The translations under genes were made by a program, and so were the position numbers. Below are positions 8,206 to 17,305 of a stretch of DNA of 64,000 nt, piece after piece; positions within the stretch are counted from its first letter, which is position 1; the number at the start of each line of letters is the position of its first letter. Below the pieces are notes generated by a model. The model was not told the origin of the DNA. It saw nothing but the letters and a program-made list of their open reading frames with translations, and did no database searches. Origin of the DNA: Lachnospiraceae bacterium (GTDB lineage: Bacteria; Bacillota; Clostridia; Lachnospirales; Lachnospiraceae); NCBI GenBank assembly GCA_024682835.1, contig JAIKYU010000096.1, positions 3,101-67,100 on the forward strand. Reading direction: 5' to 3'.

Positions 8206-10230
8206 CTATTTCCTCGACTGATCGAACGGTTTGTTGCCGCCGTCCTGCTGCCCGCTGCCTGTCGCGTGATCATCCTTGAGCAAATCATCGCCGTCCAGAA
8301 GATCCTTCATGTCTAGCTTGCTGCTGTTTCTGCCGCCCGAAGTCAATATTGAAGACCTTGTGCTGCCTCCGGCGCCCTTTCCTGCGTTGCCGGCACCCGG
8401 TGCCAGCGACAGATCATCCAGATTCGGCTCCTCCATCAGGAGATCTTCCGCATCGTCGTCCCCGTCATTGATCCCGCCTCCGGTTGACATGGGAGGCGCC
8501 TGCTGACTCCCGGTGAAGGTGCCGCCGGTAGATTGTCTGGTGCTATCGGGAAGCGGCGTGTCTCCCGTCAGATCCGACGGGCCGATCTCTCCCGGTGTCA
8601 CGGACGACACGGAAGAATTGCTGTTCTGTGTCGTCCCCTGAGAAGTGGTGTTCGGGGTATCACTTTTCTTACCGGAGAACAGGTTGCTGTCGCCGGCTCC
8701 GCCGTCTGTTTTGCCGTCAGGTGTGATTGCGCTTCCGCCCTTGCCCGGGCCGCCTGAAAAGCTTTGGATAATACCGTCCGTCACCTTGTCGATTCCTTTT
8801 TTCATGCCAAACTTGGCAGGCGTGGCAGCAATGTCCATCATTTTGCCGGTAAACGCCATTCCCGCGGCGGACGACTCGCCTTCGATGCCGGCCGCTGCGC
8901 TGCTTAAGATGGAAGTGACAAGCGGGCCCGCCGAGACGATGGTTGCCGCGCCGCCGATCAGCAGGAGCATGCGCATGAGCATATCCGTCAGGATGTCTCC
9001 CATATCACCTCTCGAGGTAAAGGCGATCTTTCCGCTGAAGACCATCGAGCAGATCAGCAGGTAGATATACATCGCCACTACCATACCGTAGCCGGAGAAC
9101 AACCTGCCGAGGAACATCTCCTCCCACTTTTTGAAATGCTCTCCGTCGTCCAGCGGCATCGGAGCGATGAAGAACGGCTCGATAATCAGCAGGACGATCA
9201 CGTCAAAGAGGCGGCTGACAAACAGAAACAACGCGGTTCCAAGGACAAAGATAAAAAGAATCGCACCGCCGATGCCCACCAGATAGTCGAGCCTTCCCAC
9301 GTTGAAGGTAGCGTCCACATCCACGGAGCTCGCATAGTCCTTTTTCCCCGTGTAAAACGGTTCCCTGAACCTGTCCGTCAGGCCGTAGTCAGAGGCCTCG
9401 CCAGGATGCTTTTCCAGATAGGCCGAGCGGGTGCTGTAGTTGTAGCCTAAAAGCATATTGTCCCAGTCTCCGATCCGCGAACTGGCGGAGGCATACTGAT
9501 TTTTGAAGCTGAATTCCAGACGCTGTCCGCCTTTGTGTTTGACACCGTCCTTATCCACCGCGCCCAGCTCATCGTCCACCGCGTCCAGCGAGGAGATGAC
9601 AAACAGGGTCTGGGCAATGGTGACATTCTCCGACAGGGTCATGGCGTTGGTGACGGCGACCAGAACCGCATCTCCGAGAACGATCATAAAAAGGCCAAGA
9701 AGCGGTGCCGCGACCATCCGAAGCATCGCCCTGGCCAGATTCCGCAGCACCTGTCCCACCGGCTGCGAATTCTGGCCGCCCATCTCACCGATGGAACGCA
9801 CCGTCGCGACGATGGCAAACAGGAAACAGAGGACAAAGGAAATCATGATGACGATGCCCATGGTCTTCGTGACGAAGGGTGTGCGTACCAGCACCGACAG
9901 AAGCGACCCGTGGGCGCCCGTGGTGGTGTCCGTCACCTCGGTTTTCCCAGCCAGCACGTCAAACATGCTCTGCATCATTTCCAGAATGAGCAGAAAACCT
10001 TTTTCAATCGCATACATAAAACGCCCGTAGATCCGCATTATGTATTTTCCCACCGTCTGCATAATCAGGGAAAACGCGGTCTCCAGGAGCGGTCCCAGAA
10101 TGGTGTTGAACAGCCATTTGAAGACGTCCGACAGGAGGTTGGACACAAAGGAAAAAATCGGATTGAGCACCTTGTCAAAGACGTAATTAATGGCGTCCTG
10201 AATCCAGCCCAGTTGTACGAAGGTCATCAT
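8206..10230 (-). CDS. VirB6/TrbL-like polytopic membrane protein, paralog 2, with S/T/G-rich acidic tail
   Basis: QLGWIQDAIN start matches paralog 1 (QLGWLQDAIN); PLDDGEHFKKWEEMFLGRLFSGYG; many TM segments. Confidence 0.7.
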   Translation of the reverse strand: MMTFVQLGWIQDAINYVFDKVLNPIFSFVSNLLSDVFKWLFNTILGPLLETAFSLIMQTVGKYIMRIYGRFMYAIEKGFLLILEMMQSMFDVLAGKTEVTDTTTGAHGSLLSVLVRTPFVTKTMGIVIMISFVLCFLFAIVATVRSIGEMGGQNSQPVGQVLRNLARAMLRMVAAPLLGLFMIVLGDAVLVAVTNAMTLSENVTIAQTLFVISSLDAVDDELGAVDKDGVKHKGGQRLEFSFKNQYASASSRIGDWDNMLLGYNYSTRSAYLEKHPGEASDYGLTDRFREPFYTGKKDYASSVDVDATFNVGRLDYLVGIGGAILFIFVLGTALFLFVSRLFDVIVLLIIEPFFIAPMPLDDGEHFKKWEEMFLGRLFSGYGMVVAMYIYLLICSMVFSGKIAFTSRGDMGDILTDMLMRMLLLIGGAATIVSAGPLVTSILSSAAAGIEGESSAAGMAFTGKMMDIAATPAKFGMKKGIDKVTDGIIQSFSGGPGKGGSAITPDGKTDGGAGDSNLFSGKKSDTPNTTSQGTTQNSNSSVSSVTPGEIGPSDLTGDTPLPDSTRQSTGGTFTGSQQAPPMSTGGGINDGDDDAEDLLMEEPNLDDLSLAPGAGNAGKGAGGSTRSSILTSGGRNSSKLDMKDLLDGDDLLKDDHATGSGQQDGGNKPFDQSRK

Positions 10231-11693
10231 TTCGAGCCTCCTTTTGCGGACTTCATCAGACCGGACAGGACATCCGCTCCCTTCTGGACACCCTTGCTGA
10301 TTCCGCTGGTTGCGGCACCAAGGCCGGCACTCACACCCTTATCCACCACGCCGCTGGACATGCTGAGAAAACGCGAGACCTCAGGATTGATCAGATCCAG
10401 CATGAGTTTCTGACTCTTATACACCGCGAAGCCGCCGGCAGCAATAAAAAACAGCCGGAAAATGTATTCCGTCGCACTGACCGGAGTCACATCGTAGCCC
10501 TTGCTCGCCGAGGCAAGCAACGCCCGGGCCTGGGCCAGAACACCGGCTTCAAAGCCCAGATCCAGCGAGGAACTGGTCACCACGTAAGGCAAAAGCACCA
10601 GATAGGTCTTCATGGCGATGATCGGTCCAAAAACGCTGATGGTAAAGCCGACAAACATCTCCTTCCAGCGCTTGAATTTTGCCCCGTCGTCCAGCGGCAT
10701 CATGGCGACAAAATAGGGACTCACCACAAAGAGAATGAGCAGCATGAATACGCGCACCATACACTCGATGATGAGTTTGAGATAGATAAACAGTACCAGC
10801 AACACCTCAAAGAACGCATAGAGCCAGTTGATGTTTCCCACATCGATATCCTCGAGAGCCGCCGCCTCATTCTGGAAATGCTGACCGCTCAGATAGTAGG
10901 ATTCATTGGATTTGTCCCGAAGCGCATCCTTGACGATGAGATAAAAGATCAGATCGCAGGCGCGCGTGTCCTCGTTCGGTTTTGCCTGCCGCTTCGCCGC
11001 GATGGCTTTTTCAATCTGAGACTGCTTGGAACCTCTTCTGGGGTTTTCCGAATAGTTGGACAGTGCCTCGCTCACCAGACTTGCCGCATCCCTGTTGCTG
11101 CTCCCGTAGATGTTGTTGGGCATATACTTGGCCACGGAAGTGATGGTCACCCCCGCCAGCTTTACCGTAAAGATGCAGACCAGCGGGATCAGGGCAAAGG
11201 TGAGACAGGCCTTTGCCGTCTGTCTCAGCACATGACTCACCGGCTTCTTCATCTCTCCGATGCCCTCGCCCATGGACCGGATGACCGCAAAGATCGTGAT
11301 GATAAAACACAGGACAAAGGCTCCCGCGGTCATGCCAAGCACAGCATTGACCACCACGTCGCTCTGCATCAGCACATCGACCAGGGAGGAATTCTTCGTC
11401 ACATCCACATAGCCCGAGGTCGCCTCCATTTTTCCGGTAACGGTATTCTGCATATAAACACCGACCGTGCAGGAAAACACATCAAAAATCCGTTCAATGA
11501 TGAGCATGATCTTGAGCAGCAGGACGAAAATGGAGAAGAGGATGTGACCCAGTGCCGCCATGATCATGCCCGAAACCAGATCCCATAAAAAGTCGAACGC
11601 AATCATGATGACCGGCATCAGAAATTTGTTGAAAATATCCGCCAGCAGGTCCTCCAGCACCGATATAAAACTCAAGGAAACCGGAATGTTCAT
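10227..11693 (-). CDS. VirB6/TrbL-like polytopic membrane protein, paralog 3, short tail
   Basis: PLDDGAKFKRWKEMF motif; same TM layout; 4-nt ATGA overlap with paralog 2. Confidence 0.7.
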   Translation of the reverse strand: MNIPVSLSFISVLEDLLADIFNKFLMPVIMIAFDFLWDLVSGMIMAALGHILFSIFVLLLKIMLIIERIFDVFSCTVGVYMQNTVTGKMEATSGYVDVTKNSSLVDVLMQSDVVVNAVLGMTAGAFVLCFIITIFAVIRSMGEGIGEMKKPVSHVLRQTAKACLTFALIPLVCIFTVKLAGVTITSVAKYMPNNIYGSSNRDAASLVSEALSNYSENPRRGSKQSQIEKAIAAKRQAKPNEDTRACDLIFYLIVKDALRDKSNESYYLSGQHFQNEAAALEDIDVGNINWLYAFFEVLLVLFIYLKLIIECMVRVFMLLILFVVSPYFVAMMPLDDGAKFKRWKEMFVGFTISVFGPIIAMKTYLVLLPYVVTSSSLDLGFEAGVLAQARALLASASKGYDVTPVSATEYIFRLFFIAAGGFAVYKSQKLMLDLINPEVSRFLSMSSGVVDKGVSAGLGAATSGISKGVQKGADVLSGLMKSAKGGSK

Positions 11694-11764
11694 GTGTCCT
11701 CCTGTTCCTGTAGGTCAAAGGCTATATGATGATATATGCATCAGACCGGAAACATCCACGCGAC

Positions 11765-13726
11765 TCACCGCACCCGCACGGTGGTCTTGACCCTTCTGAG
11801 GAAGATGATCAGGCCGCCGATCAGCGCAATCACCATCACGATGGCCAGGATGGCAAACACATTGATCCGGTACTGCACGGCAAAATCATAACTGCTCTCA
11901 TTGCCTGCCTGATCCGCCACCACAAGATGGTACCGTCCCGCCTGGGTGACCAGCGTGATCAGCTGTCCGTCACTGATCACCTCATTGCCCCGTGTCAGTC
12001 TGGCGGACGCGATGTCATCGGACAGATAGTCAATATGCGCCGCGTTGGGCTCCGTGCGGATTCGCGCACGCGGAGGAACGGTATCCCGGACAAACGAGAC
12101 ACCTGTGGTTCCGGCATCGCCTTCAAAATCAATCTCCCATCTGCCGTCTTTGGATATGCTGGCCACCGTCCCGGAAATCAGCGCCTTGGTCGTGACGTCT
12201 TCATCCTCATACCGCACAGCAGCGATTTTCATGCTCTCCGGTGCATTGACAACACCCATATCCGGCACGCGTCCGTTTACAATACGGAAACGCATCATCG
12301 GCCGGTTTTGACGGTAAAAACTCTCATAATCCAGATTGTCGATCACCGGAATCAGAATGTAATCTCCGATTCCTTCAATATAGTCGCCGGCATTGTACTC
12401 GATCTTCTCCCCGCTGCGGTACAGCTCGTAACGCAGCTTCTCGGCAGGCAGGAAGACGACGGAGCTGTTTGTGACCATTCCGTCCGGAATACTGGACGAA
12501 AAGCTGTCTCCGGTCAGAAGCGAGATGCGGTAATATCCCGTTCCGGAATCGTACTCCGTCGACAGACCGTTTGCCGCGGACACAAACCCCACGGGTTCCT
12601 CTTTCTTTTCGGGTTCCGGTTCAGGCTCCGGCTCAGGCTCAGGCTCCTTCGTCTCCTCCGGATTGCCCGGGAGAAGCACCTGTTCCTCCTGTGCCAGATC
12701 GGCGAAAGACTGCAGCTCTGAAGGCTCCGGCGCCACAAGCGGCGTGCCGTCCAGTCCCGCCGTATACTGAATACGGAAGATGAAGCGTGCCCGCTCAATG
12801 GTCTGCTGCCATCCGGGAAGACTCTCCGAACCGTCCTGCGGCACATAGAACTGAACGACATAGGTACCCTCGTTCTTGATCTGTTCCTTGTTGGTAAAGC
12901 CGACTGCCTTGCCGTCTCTGGTCATGCGCACGGAGACGCCGCCCGGCACGTCAAAGATCGCCGGACGGTTGGAAATCGAGCCGTTGGCGATGTTGGTATA
13001 GATCGCGTAGAGGTCGTTGAAGCGCTCCTCATAGATCTGATAGTTGTCATGATAGGATTCGGAAAGCGTGACCGTATTGATGATGGGTCCCACCGGATCC
13101 GATTCCAGCGCGGCAATGTCCGGCGTCAGCGCCTGCGTCCACTGATCGATGGTGCTGCCCAGCGCCTGTTGCGTGATGGCATTGCCGGAAACATCCTTGC
13201 CGCCTCCGTTGACATACGAGTAATAGGCATTTCCGGATACGTCCACACTCTGTCTGAGCTGCTGCTGGACCTGCTGCTGGATGTTGATCCGCTGCTGCTG
13301 CTGGATGTTATACAGCGGGTAGTAGGTGATGACCCGTCTTCCGTTGACGGTGGTGTTGCCCCCGCCGCCTGTCGTGGTTCCGTAGGACGCACCACCGTTT
13401 AAGAAGCTCCCGGTCCCCATGGAGCTTGTCAGTCCGCCATTTCCGTATACACCGTTTAAGTACCCGCCGGTCTGTGTGGCGATCTGCCCCAGAGACGTGG
13501 TCTGGCCGCTGCTGAGCGCTCCGCTCGTCTGCGAAAGCCCGTTGGCGATCTGTCCAAGGGTCGCCGCCTGATTGTTTCCTGTGCTCTGCGTCCCGCCAAG
13601 AATCCCGGTCAGCGTGCTGTTGAGGCCGCCTCCCGTGATCGTGGCCTGTGCCGTTTCCCGGCACAGCGTTGTGCATGTGATTCCGCACAACAGAGCAATC
13701 GCCAGTTTTCCGGATAATTTCTTCAT
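11765..13726 (-). CDS. Large surface protein: signal peptide, G/T/N/Q-rich region, Ig-like modules, PE linker, C-terminal TM
   Basis: Signal peptide (..TAQA/T); RDTVPP...VADQAGN motif; EPEPEPEPEPEPE linker; TM followed by RRVKTTVRVR. Confidence 0.8.
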   Translation of the reverse strand: MKKLSGKLAIALLCGITCTTLCRETAQATITGGGLNSTLTGILGGTQSTGNNQAATLGQIANGLSQTSGALSSGQTTSLGQIATQTGGYLNGVYGNGGLTSSMGTGSFLNGGASYGTTTGGGGNTTVNGRRVITYYPLYNIQQQQRINIQQQVQQQLRQSVDVSGNAYYSYVNGGGKDVSGNAITQQALGSTIDQWTQALTPDIAALESDPVGPIINTVTLSESYHDNYQIYEERFNDLYAIYTNIANGSISNRPAIFDVPGGVSVRMTRDGKAVGFTNKEQIKNEGTYVVQFYVPQDGSESLPGWQQTIERARFIFRIQYTAGLDGTPLVAPEPSELQSFADLAQEEQVLLPGNPEETKEPEPEPEPEPEPEKKEEPVGFVSAANGLSTEYDSGTGYYRISLLTGDSFSSSIPDGMVTNSSVVFLPAEKLRYELYRSGEKIEYNAGDYIEGIGDYILIPVIDNLDYESFYRQNRPMMRFRIVNGRVPDMGVVNAPESMKIAAVRYEDEDVTTKALISGTVASISKDGRWEIDFEGDAGTTGVSFVRDTVPPRARIRTEPNAAHIDYLSDDIASARLTRGNEVISDGQLITLVTQAGRYHLVVADQAGNESSYDFAVQYRINVFAILAIVMVIALIGGLIIFLRRVKTTVRVR

Positions 13727-13743
13727 CTTCCCGTTCCTGTTCC

Positions 13744-16113
13744 TTACGCGCTTTGTGCCTTACGCACTGCCGCGGCGTCCTCATCCGAGAGCATTTTCTC
13801 AAAGCGGTTCAGCATGCGGTCCACATCATCCTCGCCATCCGCCGCTTCTTCCTCCGAATGACCGCCATCGTCATCATAATCAGATAAATCCTCCGGATCC
13901 ACGGTGATTCCTCCGTCTGTTGAATCGCCGTCCGATCCGTTTTCATCATCGCCGTCTCCCTCATCCTGTCCGGCTTCGAAGGATGTTTCCTCCGCATCCT
14001 CCCCCTCGGGCTCATCGTATCCTGCAGTTTCCTCTGTCGTCTCCGTCTGCGCGTCATCCGCCGCAGCCCCGCCGGCTTCTCCGTCTCCCTCCGCTCCGGC
14101 CATATCAAGAACAATGTAATTGCGTTCATCGAGATCGTAATAGATCTCGCTTCCGAAGAACACGTTGCTTCGCACGTCGGTCAGATCCATCTGCCCGAAT
14201 TCATAGAGCGGGCATTTGTAGCTCGGCGTAAACTTCGTCCTGAGCGGATAGTTGTTGAAGGTGACCACAATGGAATTTCCCGTGGACTTTGCGTTATTTA
14301 AGCGCGTAAGCTCCGAGGGGTAAATGAGTGGCCGCACCTGGGTCTGCGTGGACACATTGATGTTGTTCATCTTGTCCTTTAAGCCCGTGGAGGTGCTCTG
14401 TGTCCGGACGGTCATATTGCCGCACATCTTGGAGAACTCCTCACAGGTCGGAATGTCGTTGGAACCGATGAAGAGCTTGATGCCGCAGTTGCCCTTGACG
14501 ATATCCGCAACCGTTTCGCCATAGACATTCTTCAGCTGCGCGAAGGACTGCACGATCATCTCAAACCAGATCTTACGGGAACGGCCGACGGTGATCATCT
14601 TGTCAAACTTGTCGATCTTGGGCATGTTACCGAACTCATCCAGCAGGAAGAAGACGTTGCGCGGGAGAGACAGATCCTCCCTGGCGCTGGCCACTTTGAT
14701 GAGTGCCTTGTAGATGCAGAGAATAAAGACCGCCGCCAGCGCGTGTCGGGTGTCCTTTTCGTCCGGTATCTTCAGGAACAGAGCCGTCGGCTGATCCGCA
14801 AAGGTCCGGGGCATGATGTCCGTCGCACTGGTCAGTGCGCAGAGGCCTTCATCGTTGAACATGGAGAGCTTGTCCAGTGCGATACTCATATAGGAAGCCA
14901 GAGTCTGATCCGCGGCGGACAGCACCTGCCGCGAGAGGCCCGCCGCCTTGGAGAGCTTGTCCCTGCCGGTGAAGTAATCCTTGAGCGCCTTATACTCGTT
15001 TTCCGAATTGCCGATGGCTTTATTGATGTTGTAGAAGCAGAACTTATCCTTGGTCATCTCAAGCTTCGGATCCGCTGAATCCTCCAGCATGCCCAGGCAC
15101 ACGGCCATGATGATCGAACGCGCGCCCTTTTCCCAGACGGGATCCTTTTCATTCTCGATGGGGCAGATGACGGAAATCAGGTCATTTAAGTCCTCGTAGC
15201 ATTCGTCGTAGATCTTCTGCTTTTCCACACGGATCTTGTTGATGAGATCCGTGCCGACCGCCCAGGCGCAGCCGTCCCACTCGTACCAGTCCTCCGCGTC
15301 GGCAAACTGCTCATCGGAATGCATGCGTTTTAAGTCCGGATAGTCCGCGATGCTGTCCGTGTGCTCCCGGATCTTATTTCCCAGGTTTAAGTAAGCCTGG
15401 TAGTTATCGAAGATATCTCCCAGCGGATTCCAGCGGAAGGAGCTGTAGGGATCGCGCAGATCCAGCACCATGCAGTTATAGCCGTGGTCATGCAGAAGTT
15501 TTGAATGCATCTGGAAGAGCTCGCCCTTGGGATCCGTACAGATCATGGAGGATCCCGCCGCGCTGTGGCCAAGGATCTGCACTACCGGGTTGACAAAGGT
15601 GGTCGTTTTACCTGAACCGGTGGCACCGATGATAATGCCGTGCGCCGGGGAGATGATGTTGATGTCCATATCCCGCGTGCGCGGATTGTAGACCGCATAC
15701 AGCGGGACACCATCCTTTTTCAGCTCAGGAAGCTTCTTAAAGGTCTTTTTCGGGAAGAGCTCGTTGCGCTCCTTGTCGCTCATCCAGCGGGAGTTTTCCA
15801 GAGAGCCCTCCACGCGGTCGCGATCGCCGCTGGATCTGCCCTTCAGCAGACGGTTTGTGGATTCCGTGGTGAGGGACAGACGGTATACCACATACAGGAC
15901 GATCAGCACACCGAGTTCAATCAACCCGTAATACAGCTGTTCCTTCCCGAACAGCGTGCGGGCTGTGACGACCAGGCGAAAGGACTCGCCCGCCTGCCAT
16001 TCATTAAGAGACGCCAGAAGCACGCCCGAAATAGCGCCGAGCACAATGACGGAAGCGATTCCGCCGAGCAAATAGAGCAGCATCTGTCTGACATCAATTT
16101 CCGGCTTATCCAT
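13744..16113 (-). CDS. virD4: VirD4/TraG type IV coupling protein with acidic C-terminal tail
   Basis: Two N-terminal TM segments, GSLENSRW, Walker A GATGSGKT, TDPKGEL, FLLDEFGN, GRSRKI, IVQSFAQL. Confidence 0.92.
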   Translation of the reverse strand: MDKPEIDVRQMLLYLLGGIASVIVLGAISGVLLASLNEWQAGESFRLVVTARTLFGKEQLYYGLIELGVLIVLYVVYRLSLTTESTNRLLKGRSSGDRDRVEGSLENSRWMSDKERNELFPKKTFKKLPELKKDGVPLYAVYNPRTRDMDINIISPAHGIIIGATGSGKTTTFVNPVVQILGHSAAGSSMICTDPKGELFQMHSKLLHDHGYNCMVLDLRDPYSSFRWNPLGDIFDNYQAYLNLGNKIREHTDSIADYPDLKRMHSDEQFADAEDWYEWDGCAWAVGTDLINKIRVEKQKIYDECYEDLNDLISVICPIENEKDPVWEKGARSIIMAVCLGMLEDSADPKLEMTKDKFCFYNINKAIGNSENEYKALKDYFTGRDKLSKAAGLSRQVLSAADQTLASYMSIALDKLSMFNDEGLCALTSATDIMPRTFADQPTALFLKIPDEKDTRHALAAVFILCIYKALIKVASAREDLSLPRNVFFLLDEFGNMPKIDKFDKMITVGRSRKIWFEMIVQSFAQLKNVYGETVADIVKGNCGIKLFIGSNDIPTCEEFSKMCGNMTVRTQSTSTGLKDKMNNINVSTQTQVRPLIYPSELTRLNNAKSTGNSIVVTFNNYPLRTKFTPSYKCPLYEFGQMDLTDVRSNVFFGSEIYYDLDERNYIVLDMAGAEGDGEAGGAAADDAQTETTEETAGYDEPEGEDAEETSFEAGQDEGDGDDENGSDGDSTDGGITVDPEDLSDYDDDGGHSEEEAADGEDDVDRMLNRFEKMLSDEDAAAVRKAQSA

Positions 16114-17284
16114 CCAGAACCCCCCTTTCTCTTTCTCTTTTGTACAACAGAGCCATCAGCAGGGCCAATACCAATCCGACCGTTCCCGCAAGAAACGTCT
16201 GAAAGATGTCCGTCGCCCTGCCAAGGCTTTGTCTTTCAGGATGCAGAAACCAGATGAACCACTGCACAACGGACGGAAGATTAAATCCGGCATGGACAAA
16301 AATCCCGTAGAGGATATTCCCCTCCCACATGGAGATCCGTCCGATGATCCATCCCATCACAAACGCGTAGAGAAACCATACGCTGCTTCCGTGCATCACG
16401 GAAAAAATGATCGTCGTCACGATCAATGCCGGCAGATCGGCCCATCTGCGAAGCAGACGGTTCAGCATATATCCCCTGAAAATGATCTCCTCCACCAGAG
16501 GCGTCAGCACCGCACTTTCCACAATCGTGAGCAGGATGTCGTAGCGCTGGTAGATCCGGCTCACTTTTTCCTCATAGATCGCAAACACCCACACCTTGGG
16601 AATGAAGGTGAGCAGGGCCGAGAGAAACAGTGCGGCTCCGGTTCCGAACACCAGACCCATGCCGATTTTTTTCCAGGATATCGCACTGCGGTACAATGCG
16701 GCGTCCTCAAAAAAGGTGCTGCCGCTCTTCTTTGACTTCCGGTGCAGCCTTCTGAGTGTAAGAACCACGCCGATCGCCACCAGCAGATTGGAGCGGTCCG
16801 CGAGATACTCCGCGAAGCTGTAACGCATCATGCCGGACAGAGGATAGCCGACAATGATACAGGCTAACGTGATCAGAATGTAGGAAAACATCGGTCCGGC
16901 CGCATACAGAAGGTCGCGTATGCAATAGTAAACCATCTGCTGAACCGAGAGTGGCTCCGTCGACGTGCGGAAGCTCACCGGATCCTCATCGTCGATACCG
17001 CGCCGCCTGCGTTTGCCTGCGCGTTTCTTCTCTGAGGCGAAATCCCGCTCCCTGCTTTCACGGTCAGCATCCGGCGCCTCTTCTGTCGACCCGCCGTCTG
17101 CCGCGTCGCTTTCGTCTTTGCTGTCTGCTCCCTGTGCCGCGTTCTTCCCGATGTCCGCGCTGCCCGCATCCTGACTTACGGCTTCCTTTTCCGCGTCCTG
17201 TCTGCCGCCTGATCCCTCCTGTCCCTCCTCATGAAACAGATAGGAGAGCCAGCCGAAGGGATGGAAATCCTTCTTTCCGCTCAA
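16106..17284 (-). CDS. CPBP family (CAAX/Abi) intramembrane glutamic protease with disordered N-terminus
   Basis: EEIIFRG, FSVMH and HAGFN motifs; several TM segments; 8-nt overlap with the virD4 start. Confidence 0.88.
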   Translation of the reverse strand: MSGKKDFHPFGWLSYLFHEEGQEGSGGRQDAEKEAVSQDAGSADIGKNAAQGADSKDESDAADGGSTEEAPDADRESRERDFASEKKRAGKRRRRGIDDEDPVSFRTSTEPLSVQQMVYYCIRDLLYAAGPMFSYILITLACIIVGYPLSGMMRYSFAEYLADRSNLLVAIGVVLTLRRLHRKSKKSGSTFFEDAALYRSAISWKKIGMGLVFGTGAALFLSALLTFIPKVWVFAIYEEKVSRIYQRYDILLTIVESAVLTPLVEEIIFRGYMLNRLLRRWADLPALIVTTIIFSVMHGSSVWFLYAFVMGWIIGRISMWEGNILYGIFVHAGFNLPSVVQWFIWFLHPERQSLGRATDIFQTFLAGTVGLVLALLMALLYKRERERGVLDG

Positions 17285-17305
17285 AGCAACCGCTCCGGTC
17301 GAAGG

